The notes: generated from the letters alone by a model not told the origin. 64,000 bases of DNA from Eledone cirrhosa (GCA_964016885.1 OZ024751.1:20956001-21020000), one strand, 5' to 3'. Shown: positions 41,830 through 59,385, counted from the stretch's first letter. Translations and numbers: made by a program.

Positions 41830-43155
41830 TGGATTGGCAGTATCGGTGGAGGGTCGGACGCCATGCTTTGCAGCATAGAGTTACATCCCTTTACGGTCTG
41901 AGTTCAAATCTTGCCGAGGTTAACCTTACCTTTCATCCCTACTGGGTCGATAAAATAAAGTACCAGTAATGCACTGGTTGATTGCTGGCCTTGTGCCAAA
42001 CGTAGAAACAATTATATTTAGTTATGAACTTACATACGCTCAATTTAATTTAAGGTTGAAAATCTATCATGTCGTCTTAATGTAATTTTCGACGCAGTTT
42101 GCTAGGGAGAGAGATTAATAAATGTTAGGGTGAAAAGAAAGTAAAAGAAAAAAACAACACAAATTAATTAACCTTAATAGTAAAAAAAAAAACAAAAAAA
42201 ACTCTAAATAGAAAACTCAACAACAGAAATAAATCATTTTATAGACAGGCTGAAATTTGATACCTATGGTCAGATCACATCCTGATAGCAAGCACAGAAA
42301 CCTGAAACTAATGGTTCAAAAATGTTAAGTTTGTCAACAACTAATGAGTGACAAAGATGAAAGTAGTGTTTGATTTCGATATTTCTTAAACTTAAAAATA
42401 AAATAAAATAAAATAAAATAAAATAAAATAAAATAAAAAAAATAAAATAAAGTAAAATAAAATAAAATAAAAAAAATAAAATAAAATAAAATAAAATAGA
42501 ATAAAATAAAATAAAATAAAATAAAATAAAATAAAATAAAATAAAATAAAATAAAATAAAATAAATACATAAAAATGAAGCATATACTATCAATCAGTAA
42601 GAACATATGAGCCAATGAACAAAAAAAAAAAAATAAAATAAAAAGTTGCCTGTTCTGTTTGTCTCAAATTACACTTTACTGTCTTAGAAGTAAAAGAAAA
42701 AAAAATAGCTATTTTAATCCTCGGTGTATATTGCCATCGATGAAAAAAATGGTATAGTCACGCCAGAATGCATTTTATCATACATATGGCTGCTCGATCA
42801 TGGCTGACATAATGATAAACAACAACAGCAGTAGTAATAACAACAACAACAACAACTAGTAAGAATGTGACCATCTAGAACAGTGGTTCCCAACCACATC
42901 AAAACTGAAGAAAGACACCTTTTATTTAAATAAACCCCTACCTTGTTACTATTACTCCTCTCCTAGGCGACTGACTATACAGTGATAATAATTGTTTCTA
43001 CTTTTGGCACAAGGCCAGCAATTACCCGAGTGTATTACTGGTACTTTATTTTATCGACCCCGTAAGATCGAAAGGCAAAGTTAACCTCGGCGGGATTTGA
43101 ACTCAGACCGGAAACAGCCGTAAGTCAATGCTGAAAAGTATGGCGTCCGACTCTC
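41830..43155. mobile_element. SINE family A copies (41830-42015 +; 42990-43155 -) around (AAAAT)n at 42395-42565
   Basis: Conserved SINE body; pentamer tract. Confidence 0.8.
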
Positions 43156-43487
43156 TAAAAAAAATGGAGACCCAATAATATGTGTATATTTTGTTTTTAA
43201 CAAAATACCGGCGAGAGAGACCCAAGCTGAAGATAGCAAGCTGATGAAGCATCGACCGTACTCCGACAGGTTTGTCGTAAAACTTGTACTGGTAAAGACT
43301 TTTGGTGCTCTTTGTACCCTGGGCCGCCTTACTCACTACTATCGGGGTGGAGTTGGCTCCCAGACCACTCCTGTTCTCACTACTATTGGAGCGGAGTTGG
43401 TCACCTCTTTTCTTTACAAACCATTTAATTTCCCCCACTCGCCACAATATCGCCAAAAAATTAAATAAACGTGCGTATATATATGTA

Positions 43488-43535
<48 letters not shown>

Positions 43536-43584
43536 TGATAATAATGGAGCTGCGGCGTTGCAAATGGGTTACATATGAAAAAGT

Positions 43585-43656
43585 AAGTCCTTCATCAGTG
43601 GCCTTCCAACCGTCCTAGGCATTTCATCACTTTAAAGGCCATATACCTCAGGTTGG
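43585..43656 (-). ncRNA. Non-circularly permuted hammerhead-like motif (truncated sister copy 14782-14862, +)
   Basis: Minus strand CCAACC-TGA-GGTATA-TGGCCTT-TAAAGTGAT-GAAA-TGCC-TAGGAC-GGTTGG-AAGGCCA-CTGATGA-AGG. Confidence 0.7.
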
Positions 43657-43754
43657 TGCGAACAACGGCTAAAAAAAGTCGTTGGGACACGTAAATAAAG
43701 GGGACGCTGGGGTGAACAAACAAAATGGTTTAAGCAAACACACACACACACACG

Positions 43755-43794
<40 letters not shown>

Positions 43795-44159
43795 TATATG
43801 TATATACACACATATAAATACGCACGTTTATTTAATTCTTTGGCGATATTTCATAGAAAAAAAAAATATATATATATATAAAATATTAAAAAAATAATGA
43901 ATAAAACAATGAAACAGTTCCTTATATTAAACAAAAAAAGTTCATTATTTAACGATCGTTTCTAGGATATATATGTGTTAGAATTGGCATGCATATTCAA
44001 CAGTATTCAATATTATCTACATATATATATATATATATATATAGCTTAAAATGGAGTGGGAATAAGAAGAAAGCAATAACGTGGGGTGGGTGGGGGAAGT
44101 TTCCTCATCAATTGTCTACTGGAGTCATGTGTGATTGTGTGTGTATATATATATATATT

Positions 44160-44241
<82 letters not shown>

Positions 44242-44540
44242 CAAAAGAAACGTGTTATGATATACAAATATATCTAACTCTAATTATGCTGTCATTTTGG
44301 TACAAATGTTTCTTTGATTGCTCCTTTTAAATATTACTGAGTCAGGCCCCAAATCCTCAGCATCCATTGACATCCATCACAAAATGGTGTCAATAGGCAG
44401 TCAAAGAAACATTTATACGTAAAACATAAATGACAGCTACTTAGTCTAATAAATAACGTATGTATATATTTTTCTTTCTCTCTCTCTATATATATATACA
44501 TATATGTATATATATATATGCAGCATAGATACATATATAC

Positions 44541-44685
<145 letters not shown>

Positions 44686-44695
44686 TGTATGTATA

Positions 44696-44772
<77 letters not shown>

Positions 44773-44852
44773 GGAAAAAATGAAATTTCATTTCTCACTC
44801 TTAGTACGGCTGATACATACTGATACATATATATGTATATATATGTATATAT

Positions 44853-44998
<146 letters not shown>

Positions 44999-45033
44999 GA
45001 AAAGTGTAATTTTCTACACAAAACGAAGGTTAT

Positions 45034-45757
<724 letters not shown>

Positions 45758-45789
45758 AAGAATCAAAGAACTGTTCAAAACATTATTGT

Positions 45790-45834
45790 GCTTACAGCTG
45801 TTTCCTCCAAACCGAGGTTTGGATTCTTCGGAGC
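45790..45834 (-). ncRNA. HHR motif with CCGAAGA core, in an element with inverted ends (45747-46092)
   Basis: GCT-CCGAAGA-A-TCCAAAC-CTCG-GTTTGGA-G-GAAA-CAGCTG-TA-AGC. Confidence 0.6.
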
Positions 45835-46361
45835 AATTTATTAATGCATGGACAGTTATATGACCTCCTTTTCAGCCGAGAGACATACCGATACATATTC
45901 AAACATTGATACATATTCAAACATTGTGGGTCAACATTCATTACAGAATTTAGAGTGGCAGTACACACTTCGAGATTACATTTATATTAAGAGGTACAAT
46001 AAAAAATAAAAAATACAGGTTAAAATACAACATGAAGATAAGCGGTTAGCACAATAATGTTTTGAACAGTTCTTTGATTCTTATATTTCATATAACTGCT
46101 CTGTAAATCATCTGATGTTTTTACATTGAGCTACTTAACTTACTGGTAATAAGGTAGTAATACATTACTGCCTACCACTATTTAGGGTGTGTGTAAAATA
46201 CTTATGACTGCATAAGGTTTTGTATTTACATAACCATAAATAGTATAACTAATACTCTCTATATATATATATATTCCTTATTCGATGTTTACTCCGTCAC
46301 TCCTATGTGGAAAAAGTACGTTGAGTGCTTGAATTGAATTGCATCAATATTTACCCTAATA

Positions 46362-46393
<32 letters not shown>

Positions 46394-46516
46394 TATTTTT
46401 TCTCTCTCTCTTTCTTTCTCTCTGTATTTTCACTGCTAGAGTGAACCTCTTCAAATGAAGTTGATGTTTATTACGGTATGTCGAATATATTTATCTATAA
46501 AACTGTTTATATTGTA

Positions 46517-46578
46517 TTTTGTCTGATGAAGGCATAGCATATTGTTAATATGATATCCCCGAAATATATATAATGAAA
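46517..46578 (+). ncRNA. Type I HHR motif
   Basis: TTTTGT-CTGATGA(46523)-AGG...CCC-GAAA(46561)-TATATA-TA-ATGAAA. Confidence 0.6.
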
Positions 46579-46644
46579 TAAATATGGTTTTATAAATATA
46601 GTTTTCCATTTATTTAATATTGTATATGTATATATATATATATG

Positions 46645-46762
<118 letters not shown>

Positions 46763-47538
46763 CGTGAAACTAAAAGCCTTATCATTTGTACTGCCATTCT
46801 GTTTTTTGTGTGGGTGTTGTGTGAGGTGTTGTGTGGGGTAGTGGTGGATGTGTGGTGATAGTGGTGGTGATGGTGTGGCTGTGTTGTGTGATGGTGTAGG
46901 TGGTGTGTGATGTGTATGGTGTTAGTGATGTTGGATGGTGTTGGTGAGGTGTGGTGTGGTGTGTTGGTGTTGGTGATGTTGATGTGTTGTTGAGTGATGG
47001 TGGTGGTGGAGTGGTGGTAGTAGTGGTGGTGGTGGATGGTGGTAGTGGTAGTGGTGGTGGTGGTGGTGTTGGTGATGGTGGAGGTGATGATGGGGAAGAA
47101 GATGATGGTTACGATGGTGGTGTTGATATGTCGATGATTATGCTGGTGATGATGATGATGAGTTATAAATGCTGGAAATGTGATGTGCTTAAGACGATCA
47201 TGATTTTACACACGCACACACGCACATACACACACACACACATAAACATACATTCACACATACACATTCATACACACACATACACATAGATACACATAAA
47301 AACATATACACACACACATACACACACACACACGCACATACACACACACACACATAAACATACATTCACACATACACATTCATACACACACATACACATA
47401 GATACACATAAAAACATATACACACACACATACACACACACACACACACACAAACACACATACACACATAAACATACATTCACACATACACATTCATACA
47501 CACACATACACATAGATACACATAAAAACATATACACA

Positions 47539-47585
<47 letters not shown>

Positions 47586-47779
47586 ACATAAACATACATT
47601 CACACATACACATTCATACACACACATACACATAGATACACATAAAAACATATACACACACACATACACACACACACACACACAAACACACATACACACA
47701 TAAACATACATTCACACATACACATTCATACACATAGATACACACAAAAACATATACACACAGACATACACACACACAT

Positions 47780-47826
<47 letters not shown>

Positions 47827-48255
47827 CATATACACACAGACATACACACACACATACACGCGCATACACACACACACATATACATACACGCACATCCACA
47901 CAAAAAACAATAAAACGTCAGTATAGAATAAATCTCGTTCGTTGTACCCTCCTCCCACCACTTTCTCCCCCTCCTCCTCTTTCTCTCTCACCTCTCTCTA
48001 CTCTTCACATTTATTCTCGCCCCATACAACCCCTCTTCACCCTCCTCCTCTCACCCCTCATCTCCCCCTCTTTACAACCTTCTCACCACATACTCCTCCT
48101 CCTACTTTTCCTCCTTCTTCTCCTCCCCTCTTCCTCCCTTTCTCTCTCTCTCTCCCCTTCTCTTCAAATCCTTCTCCCCACATACTCCTCCTCCTCCTCA
48201 CCTTTCTCTCTCTCTCTCTTCCACCTCTCCCTCCTCTTCAAATCCTTATCCCCCC

Positions 48256-48314
<59 letters not shown>

Positions 48315-48992
48315 ATCTCTCCCTCCTCTTCACATTTAATCTTACCCCATACTCGCCCCTCATCTCCCCCTCTTTACGTCCTTCTCATCGCATATTCCCT
48401 CCCCCTTTTCTCTCTCTCCCCATCTCTTCAAATCCTTCTCACTACATACTCCCCCCTCCTCCCCCTCTTTCTCTCTCCCTCCTCCCTACCCCTATCGCTA
48501 CCTGACAACAAAACAATATGAAAACACTAAAGGTAAATATAAACGGAAGTTAGAGTTCTTGTTATCAGGAATAAAATGATTATTGATAACTTAGCAAGAG
48601 GAATTTATTTCAACATGAGATGATGGCTTATTGCTAGCATCATCACCACCTACACCACCTACACCACCTACACCACCATCATCACCACCACCACCACCTA
48701 CACCACCTACACCACCATCACTACCACCACCACCACCTACACCACCATCACCACCACCACCACCACCTACACCACCATCACCACCACCACCACCACCGAC
48801 ACCATCTACACCCCCACCACCACCTACACCACCACCATCACCACCACCACCACCTACACCACCTACACCACCTACACCACCATCACCACCACCACCACCT
48901 ACACGACCATCATCACCACCACCTACACCACCATCACCACCACCACCACTACCACCACAACCACCAAAACCACCATCTACACCAGCATCACC

Positions 48993-49580
48993 ACCCAGTG
49001 CCCCAATAATCACAGGCATAAATCTGAAGGTGTAATCAGGGTGGAGTATCTGCAGATTTCTCATCAGTTCTGCATAAATATTCTCCTTTTCACTAATCTT
49101 TGATATTATATTGGCATCTGCTGGGCAGCTAATTTCCACTACTGTGCATCCTTTCTTCTCCCTGTCCCATATCATAATATCTGGTCTGTTATGCCTGCAG
49201 TTTATTGGGGTTTTTACTGGAACATTCCACCAGTACACTTTCATATTATGTACGTGGATGTCTTCCACATTGCTGTAGCTTTTAATGTGTTTATTATCGG
49301 GGCTATCATTTTTACGAACTGCATTGTACAGTGTTTTGGCCACTACATCATACCTCATAGGTAGATAGTACCGGGATGACATCTTTGGACAGCTGCTGAT
49401 GACATGGGTGATATCCTCGATGTTAGTTCTGCAGAGTCTGCACTTGTTATCACATCTAGGTGTTTTGCCTGCATCCCCATCTCTTTTGTGAATCGGGTAT
49501 TTCGTGTTAATCTCCTGTTCTTGGATTGCAAAAGCGTATCCTTCAAAGTGGGAGCAAATATAGCGATTTATAATTTCGGT
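48993..49580 (-). pseudogene. R4/Dong-type non-LTR retrotransposon fragment: CCHC knuckle and restriction-like endonuclease
   Basis: AIQEQEINT...CRLC...HVISSC...RYD...NRPDIMIWD...VEISCP...KISEK...PVIIGALG; truncated into a (GGT)n repeat. Confidence 0.85.
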
Positions 49581-51312
49581 TTCTTCTGTAGCTACAACTG
49601 AATACAGTTTGTTTACCTTCCTTGTTATTTGTCTTCGGTACTTCCTTAATTTTGTTGTTGATGTTGTGTTCAGCCATGCTGTTTGTAGCAAATCCTTGTA
49701 AAATGAATTATGTATTTAGTCGGATATCTCTACGAATTCGAATAAAAGGTGTCTTCAGAAGATATAGTTAGAAGAAGAACCAGTTATTCAACATGGCTGT
49801 AGTTGTGGCATTACTGTCGGAGATAGTATTCATCTTAAATTTAATAAATAGTCTCCCACGCCAAAATATGCGACTGATCGCGTTGACTGTATATGTATGT
49901 ATGTTTGTATGTATGCATGTATGTGTGTATGTGTGTATGCATGTATGTATGTATGTATGTATGTATGTATGCATGCATGTATGTATATATGTATGTATGC
50001 ATGTATGTATGTATGCATGTATGTATATATGCATGTATGTATGTTTGTATGCAAGTAACCACATCAACAAGGCCACCTCTAACACCGCCACCGCCGCCAC
50101 CACTACCACCACAACAGCAACAACAACAATAACAACAAGACCATCCCCAATAACAACACTAACAGCTACAGAAGTACAATATAACAGAGCCTAGCTGTTG
50201 TACACAAGCTGGAATCAATGAAGCCAACATCACCAGCACCACCACAACCACATCACAACCATCCCCACGCATCACCGCCATTACAACAACAGCCATAAGG
50301 TCATCTCCAACAACAACAACAACAACAGCAACACGGCCATCGACAACAACAACTATAATACTGACTATAACAAAGCTATTCAGTTATAGGGTAGAGGCAG
50401 GGACATCATGAACAACAACAACACCATAACACTACCACCACCACTACACCACCACCACTACACCACCACCACCAACAACACAACCACCATAACACCACCA
50501 CCACCACCACCACTACACCACCACCACTACACCACCACCACCAACAACACAACCACCATAACACCACCACCACCACCACTACACCACCACCACCACCACC
50601 ACTACACCACCACCAACAACAACACAACCACCATAACACCACCACCACCACCACTACACTACCACCACCACCACAACAACAACAACACAACCACCATAAG
50701 ACCACCACCACCGCTCCACCACCACTACACCACCACCACCACCACCACCACTACACTACCACCAGCAGCACCACCACCACCACCACCACAACAACAACAA
50801 CAACAACAACACAACCACTATCACCACCACCACCAACACCAGCACCACCACCACCACCACCACCACTAAACCGCCACCACTACCACCCCCACCACAACAA
50901 CAACAACAACAACAACACAACCACCATAACACCACCACCACCGCTCCACCACCACTACACCACGACCACCACAACAACAACAACACAACCACCATCACCA
51001 TCACCACCAACACCACCACCACCACCACCACAACAACAACAACAACAAGACAACCACCATAACACCACCACTACACGACGACGACGACGACGACGACCAC
51101 CACCACCACCACCACCACCACCACCACCACCACCACCACCACTACCATAGCTATATAGTTACAATGTAGAATCAGTGAGATAATTAGTGTTTGAGCAGTT
51201 CTGATACTTTGACATTTCAACTAAAGTCTAAACTATTCTCTCTTGCTACGATTAAATGTATTATTGATTGCACGAATAACCAGGATTATTTGGTCAGTCT
51301 TCTAACACTATA

Positions 51313-51366
<54 letters not shown>

Positions 51367-51438
51367 TGTATATGTGTATGTATATATATGTGTGTGTACG
51401 TATGTATATATATATATATATATGTGTGTATATAAATG

Positions 51439-51493
<55 letters not shown>

Positions 51494-51529
51494 ATATAAA
51501 TGTATATATATATGTATATATATATAATG

Positions 51530-51707
<178 letters not shown>

Positions 51708-52062
51708 TGTGTGTGTGTATGTATGTATATATATATACACACATACATGTGAGCATGTATATTCTACAAGGTTCTATGTCTGTTTCAGTATGCATATTGA
51801 GATAATATCTTTCTCCCCTCGCTCTCATGTAAGCAGGTTTTTATGTATGCGTGTATGTATATATGTATGTATGTATGCACATACGTATGTATACATGTAT
51901 ATGTGTAAGTGTGTGTGTGTGTATGTTTGTGCTCTTTAAGGTTTGTAACAAGAGTAAGGTAAAGTATGGTTGGTATTCAATATCAGAATTGTTATTATTA
52001 TTTTTTTTAATTGTTGATATTGCTGTTGTTGTTGTTGTTGTCGTTGTTGTTGTTGTCGTTAG

Positions 52063-52095
<33 letters not shown>

Positions 52096-52190
52096 CGTTA
52101 TTTTGTCCATTCATGTGTAAAACCTTATTTCACTATATTCATATATCAGAACTTTAAGTTGGTCACCAGAGAGAAAGATGTTTCTAGAGC

Positions 52191-52239
<49 letters not shown>

Positions 52240-52419
52240 TATATATTAGTGGGTGGGGTGGGGTGGGGTGGTAGTGGTCCGAAGGAGTAGGCGGAGAGCT
52301 AGAGGAAGAGTAGCGGGAAGAGAATGACAGAATGGTGGTTCTTTGTAATCTGATGTAATACAATGCTTTAACTATGTCGTTGGTTCTCAAGCTGGTTGCA
52401 TGGTAGGATGACTATTTGA

Positions 52420-53375
52420 TTGGTTATGGTTGGCTGGCTGGTTGGTTGGTTGGTTGGTTGGTTGGCTGGTTGGTTGGTTGGCTGGCTGGTTGGTTGGTTG
52501 GTTGGTTGGTTGGTTGGCTGGCTGGCTGGTTGGTTGGTTGGTTGGTTGGTTGGTTGGCTGGTTGGTTGGTTGGTTGGTTGGTTGGTTGGTTGGTTGGTTG
52601 GTTGGTTGGCTGGTTGGTTGGTTGGTTGGTTGGTTGGTTGGTTGGTTGGTTGGTTGGTTGGTTGGTTGGTTGGTTGGTTGGTTGGTTGGTTGGTTGGCTG
52701 GCTGGCTGGTTGGTTGGCTGGTTGGCTAGGTGTTTGATTGGTTGGATGGTTGGTTGGTTGGTTGGTTGGTTGACTGGCTGTTTGATTGATTGGAGAGTTC
52801 GTTGGTTGAGTGGATGACTGGTTGGTTGGTTGGTTGGTTGGTTAGATGGTTGGCTGGCTGGTTTGTTAATTGGCTGGTTGGCTGGTTGGTTGGTTGGCTG
52901 GTTGGCCGGCTGTTTGATTGGTTGGCTGGTTGGTTGGTTAGTTGGTTGGCTGGTCGACTGGCTGGTTCGTTGGTTTGTTGGTTGGTTATTTAGTTGGTTT
53001 GTTGCTTGGTTGGCTGGTTGTTTGATTGGTGGTTGGCTGGTTGGTTGGTTGGTTGGCCGATTGGCTGGTCCGTTGGTTGGTCTTGTGGTTGGTTATTTAG
53101 TTGGTTTGTTGTTTGGTTGGCTGGTTGTTTGATTGGTGGTTGGCTGGTTCGTTGATTGGTTAGCCGATTGGCTGGTCCGTTGGTTGGTCTTGTGGTTGGT
53201 TATTTAGTTGGTTTGTTGTTTGGTTGGCTGGTTGTTTGATTGGTGGTTGGCTGGCTGGTTGGTTGGTTAGCTAGCTGGCTTGTTGGTTGGTTGATTGGTT
53301 GGTTGGCTGGTTGGTTGGTTGGCTTGTTGATTGGTTGGTTGGCTGGTTGGTTCGCTGGCTGGTTGGCTCGTTGGC
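52420..53375. repeat. (GGTT/GGCT)n tetranucleotide array decaying 3'
   Basis: Direct inspection. Confidence 0.95.
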
Positions 53376-53413
53376 AGGCAGTTTGCGAAATATTAGGTCT
53401 AAGTCAATCGGGC

Positions 53414-53610
53414 AAAACCAACAGATAGGAGACCCAGGGGTTGACCCCGAACAAGATGGTTGGATAACATCCGTGAACTTGACTGGTCACGCTTGGGGAA
53501 CTAGCTGGATCAGTTGGAGACAGTTGCTTCTGACAGGACCCGCTGGATGGAGTGGTTGAGGACTCTGCTCCCACGACCCCCTCAGGAAAAAGTGGGCAAA
53601 GAAGAAATAG
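53414..53610 (+). pseudogene. RTE LINE 3' end (related copy 41715-41820, -)
   Basis: Translates [22 protein letters not shown]...ASDRTRW...LLPRP. Confidence 0.7.
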
Positions 53611-54336
53611 ATTCAATCGACTTTCTCTATCACCAAAATAGCTGATCCTCGTGTTTAAATTAGAAACACGTATTGAGGCAGAAGAAGATATATTTGGTTT
53701 ATTTCGTAGAAAGTCCCAAAAAAGTCGCGAAGCCTCTTAGTGTAAGGGGACATGAAGAAGAAGAAATTAAGATGAAAGGAATGAATACATTTTAGACTTA
53801 AATGACTTCGCGCATCTCCCTTACCATCCTTGGGGGGAAACATCTTCTCCGTTCTGTTCACCGAGGCTGTGGGGCGGCCAGCATGTGGGACGCCATTTGT
53901 TCATAATACAGAGATATGGGGAGGGCGAGAGAGATGGAGGCGATGACAGTGGGAGTTCTGTTCTTCCGTGTTCGGACACATTTGTCAAACTGTAGGTTTT
54001 ATGAAACAATTGTACCATAAATTAAACAGGCTTCTGTAAGTAATTCACATTGCTATATATAGTATATTTATTGACCTAATTTAGTTTAGTTGAATTTATC
54101 AATTGTACAGAAGGCATGTCATAGCTCCAGTGTCACTCTATGAGAGTTATTGTATATAGCTCTGATCGATAATTATTTATTTAATTCATTCACTCATCGA
54201 GCCACACCATTGAAGGTAGTCAACACTCATATATGTATTATATTTGACATATCCACGCACGCATATACAACCATAAACATGTAACTCAATACAGAATAGC
54301 TATATTATCCAATGTATTGCAGCTTGACACATTCAC

Positions 54337-54570
54337 ATAGAAGGAAGAGGAAAACAATGAGATGGAAGAAAGATCCAAAGTCTGGCAGTTCCAGGAAAAT
54401 AGCTACGACCATAGTAGAAGGACGTCTTTATTCGTGGAACCACAACAGCATCTGGATGAAAACGTTGTGAGTTTCGAGTGAAGAGAACTGGCACAAATAG
54501 ATCTTGGAGCCAAAGGAGAAAGTTCATCCGAGTATTTCCTGTGGTAATAACGATAGAATACAATATATAA
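54337..54570 (-). pseudogene. CR1/Jockey-like LINE C-terminal fragment
   Basis: TRNSQRFHPDAVVVPRIKTSFYYGRSYFPGTARLWIFLPSHCFP resembles the SF.PRT..LWN.LP tail motif. Confidence 0.6.
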
Positions 54571-54929
54571 ACGAAGATATTTGATTCCCTGTTACGAGCA
54601 TCCTATTCTCCGCAGTAATCTCATTAACTCGTCGAAATTGTTAGAGGTTGAGATCTGACGAGCAAGTATTAATGTTTGTGACCTGATCGCTTTCATCCGT
54701 TCTTTTTCCTCCTTCCTATCTTCTCTTCCTTCGGGTCAACTCACATCTAGCCACTGATCTTTGTCCTTCAAGGTAATATTTTACCCAACGCCGCTTCGAC
54801 GGTATTTTGCTGTTCTAACAGCTTCCATTCGCCGAGTTTTCCCATTTTCCTGAGAATATATATATATAGCAGAGTATGTTTTAATGTAGAAGAGTTTCTA
54901 CAGGACTAGAACTGTTTCATTCGTGAGAA

Positions 54930-54996
<67 letters not shown>

Positions 54997-55664
54997 TGGT
55001 CCTTACAACACATAGTTAGTCTGAGGTTAAATACTAGTAATATTGACGGGAAAAATATATAAGACTTATATACTCTCCTGGAGGTGTTGATAAAAGAACT
55101 AACAGTGAGTGATATACAATGCGCTGATTCAACATACATGTTTATATATATATATATTTATTTATTATATATGTTTGGCCTTGAGCCAAAATTAAGAAAT
55201 CCTTATGAGACTATTTATAATATTTATAACTCGCCTGCTTGCATTGCTTGTGTCATATATTTACAGTTGAACTAATTGTTTGTATGTATGTTTGTGTATT
55301 TATTTTCCTCCCCCCTCCTCCTCTTCCTCCTCCCCCTCCTCCTCCACCACTATAACCACTACCGCTACCACCACCACCAACACCACCACAGACACTACCA
55401 CAGCCATTACCATCACCATCATCATCACCACCACCAGCAGTAACAAGAGCAGCAGCAGTAGCAGCAGCACCACCACCACCACCACAACTATCACCACAAA
55501 CCACTACCATCACCACCAACACCACCACCAACACCACCACCACCACCACCACCACCACCACCACCACCACAGCCACTACCATCACGATCATCACCATCCT
55601 TGCTGTCGTTCTTTCCATCTTTTCTATCTTCCTTCGGGGATTTTACCGCTGCTGTTGTTGCTGT

Positions 55665-56498
55665 TGTATGTTTTGTGTGTACTTTGTGTGCGTTTTGTGT
55701 GTGTTTTGTGTGTGTTTTGTGTGTGTTTTGTGCATGTTTTGTGTATGTTTTGTGTGTACTTTGTGTGCGTTTTGTGTGTGTTTTGTGTGTGTTTTGTGTA
55801 TGTTTTGTGCATGTTTTGTGTATGTTTTGTGCATGTTTTGTGCATGTTTTGTGTATGTTTTGTGCATGTTTTGTGTATGTTTTGTGCATGTTTTGTGTAT
55901 GTTTTGTGCATGTTTTGTGTGTTTTGTGTTTTGTGTGTGTTGAGTGCATGTTTTATGTGTGTTTTGTGTGTTTTGTGTGTGTTTTGTGTATGTTTTGTGT
56001 ATGTTTTGTGCATGTTTTGTGCATGTTTTGTGTATGTTTTGTGTATGTTTTGTGTATGTTTTGTGCATGTTTTGTGTATGTTTTGTGTATGTTTTGTGTG
56101 TTTTGTGTTTTGTGTGTGTTGAGTGCATGTTTTATGTGTGTTTTTTGTGTTTTGTGTGTGTTTTGTGTGTGTTTTGTGTATGTTTTGTGTATGTTTTGTG
56201 TATGTTTTGTGTATGTTTTGTGTATGTTTTGTGCATGTTTTGTGTATGTTTTGTGCATGTTTTGTGTATGTTTTGTGCATGTTTTGTGTGTTTTGTGTTT
56301 TGTGTGTGTTGAGTGCATGTTTTATGTGTGTTTTGTGTGTTTTGTGTGTGTTTTGTGTATGTTTTGTGTATGTTTTGTGCATGTTTTGTGTATGTTTTGT
56401 GTGTGTTTTGTGTATGTTTTGTGCATGTTTTGTGTGTGTTTTGTGTGTGTTTAGTGCATGTTTTATGTGTGTTTTGTGTGTGTTTTGTGTGTGTTTTG
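55665..56498. repeat. 12-bp minisatellite (TGTG[T/C]ATGTTTT) with higher-order ~180-190-bp periodicity
   Basis: Marker GTTGAGTGCATGTTTTATG at ~55939, 56118 and 56308. Confidence 0.85.
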
Positions 56499-56638
56499 TC
56501 AAACAGTGTTTATTCAAACCTGCCTCATTGTTGCACCCAAGGCAAAAGAGGAGACGGCTGAGAATGTGAGGTAGAAATACTTCTTGTAAAACAGAACATA
56601 ACTGAAGCTAGAAGCAATAAGAGGAAGAACCCCCCCCC

Positions 56639-56722
<84 letters not shown>

Positions 56723-56917
56723 CATTACATACAAATACAAAATATGTATATATAATATGAATACATCCCTATGTTTATATATATATATATATATAAGTAC
56801 ACACACACGCATATATATACAAAGTGTCCCCCCCCAAAAAAATGTATACGCATATTTAATAGAATGCTGTTGAAGTGTGTATACATTTTCTTGTATGTAT
56901 ATATACATGGAGAGAGA

Positions 56918-57000
<83 letters not shown>

Positions 57001-57239
57001 AGAGAAAGAGAGAGAGAGAAAGAAAGAGAAAGAGAGAGAGAGAAAGAGAAAGAGAGATAGTGTTTGTGAGAGAGACGCCTACATTAATATGTACCTATGA
57101 ATGTTTGTAGAATTTTATGAAATTATAAGTTATCTGAAAGTGCGAAGTGATTTGACATATAATTTGAAAAATAAAATATTTGTCACTCATCAGTTCTCCA
57201 AACTGGATTTAAAAAAATGATAGATGTAGACTTGTTTAA

Positions 57240-58190
<951 letters not shown>

Positions 58191-59214
58191 TTATTATATT
58201 TAGTTTTATTTTCATTGCGTGATGTTACTATATTACCGTGCACAGTTTTATGTGCCTTGAGCACATGCAGCATTGTTGTTGGTTTTATTGTATCTATTTT
58301 ATTAAAAGTAATCTTCGTAATACGTGTGGAGTGCTTAGTAGTGCTATTTTGTATATATTAGTAAGTCCTGGGGGTTTTGTTATGTATCTGTCTGTGTGTA
58401 TTTGTTTATCATTCCCAAAGCATCTATTATTATGAGGATTTTTTATGCTTTCATCATCTACTTTAACGTTAATTCTATCTCCAGATCTTTATATTTGGAT
58501 AATTTCTCCATTCTTTCATAGATGTTTTTCAAGGAAGCCAGCTGGATCTGCCTCAAACAATGTCAGATTTTCCCATTATGTGATCAGCCTGGTGCACTTT
58601 TAATCAGGTGTCAGAAGACGTGGTACACACTAAGCAGAAACCTTCGTCATGCCGAGTTCATATTGCAGAATATTCTCAACTCTCTCGTGGTATATGTTAA
58701 TAGCATTGGCTATTTGAATTATAGGCAACTAGCAGAAAAACCACCCTGCGGGTGGTTCTTTTGCAAGCATATGTAGTGTGCATATTGATATTATACGCAA
58801 GTATATATATGCATTTAGATATGATACATCAAATAAAATCGTAATTGACAATATACACAGAAATTGAACGAAGACTGTGTTACACTCTCTTATGTAATCA
58901 GTAAAGTAATCCACGATACATTAAAAAAAGACGATATTATATATACACTGCATTAGAACATTAGTGACAGAAATATAGGAATGTTTATTTAAGCGATCGC
59001 TAAGCGGAAGTGTTGACATTTGAAAATTTTAAAGAAGTGAATCTTAAAATAAGCAACACAATTATTTATATTTAATCAAGAATAACGAAATTTAGTAGAT
59101 AAATTATGTAATATTCATTTATTATTTATTCAAAGTAATTCAACTTATTTTACAAACGGGATAAAAAATATATTCTGGACGCAGTCCCGCACTCCTTACT
59201 TTATTATAGTTTAG

Positions 59215-59385
59215 ATTGTCTGTTATCCATCAGCGTGTGGTGAATACGATCAATGTTTTCCTCGATGGTAGCAATTGGAGGACATCCAAACCTTGCATCA
59301 TCTTCAAGACTCTCCCTTCCCCTGGTACATTCAGCAGCATAGTTTTGCTGTGTTGATAAAGCTTGAGCGTCATCTCCTGATGTAG
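59215..59385 (-). pseudogene. Mariner transposase HTH-region fragment
   Basis: GDDAQALSTQQNYAAECTRGRESLEDDARFGCPPIATIEENIDRIHHTLMDNR matches the mariner GRESLEDD.RSGRP motif region. Confidence 0.8.

Noticed and set aside
48591-49691. 366-aa ORF as an intact gene
   Set aside because: Retrotransposon endonuclease fragment fused by chance to (GGT)n; no RT domain
52420-53375. Telomeric array
   Set aside because: The unit is GGTT/GGCT, not TTAGGG
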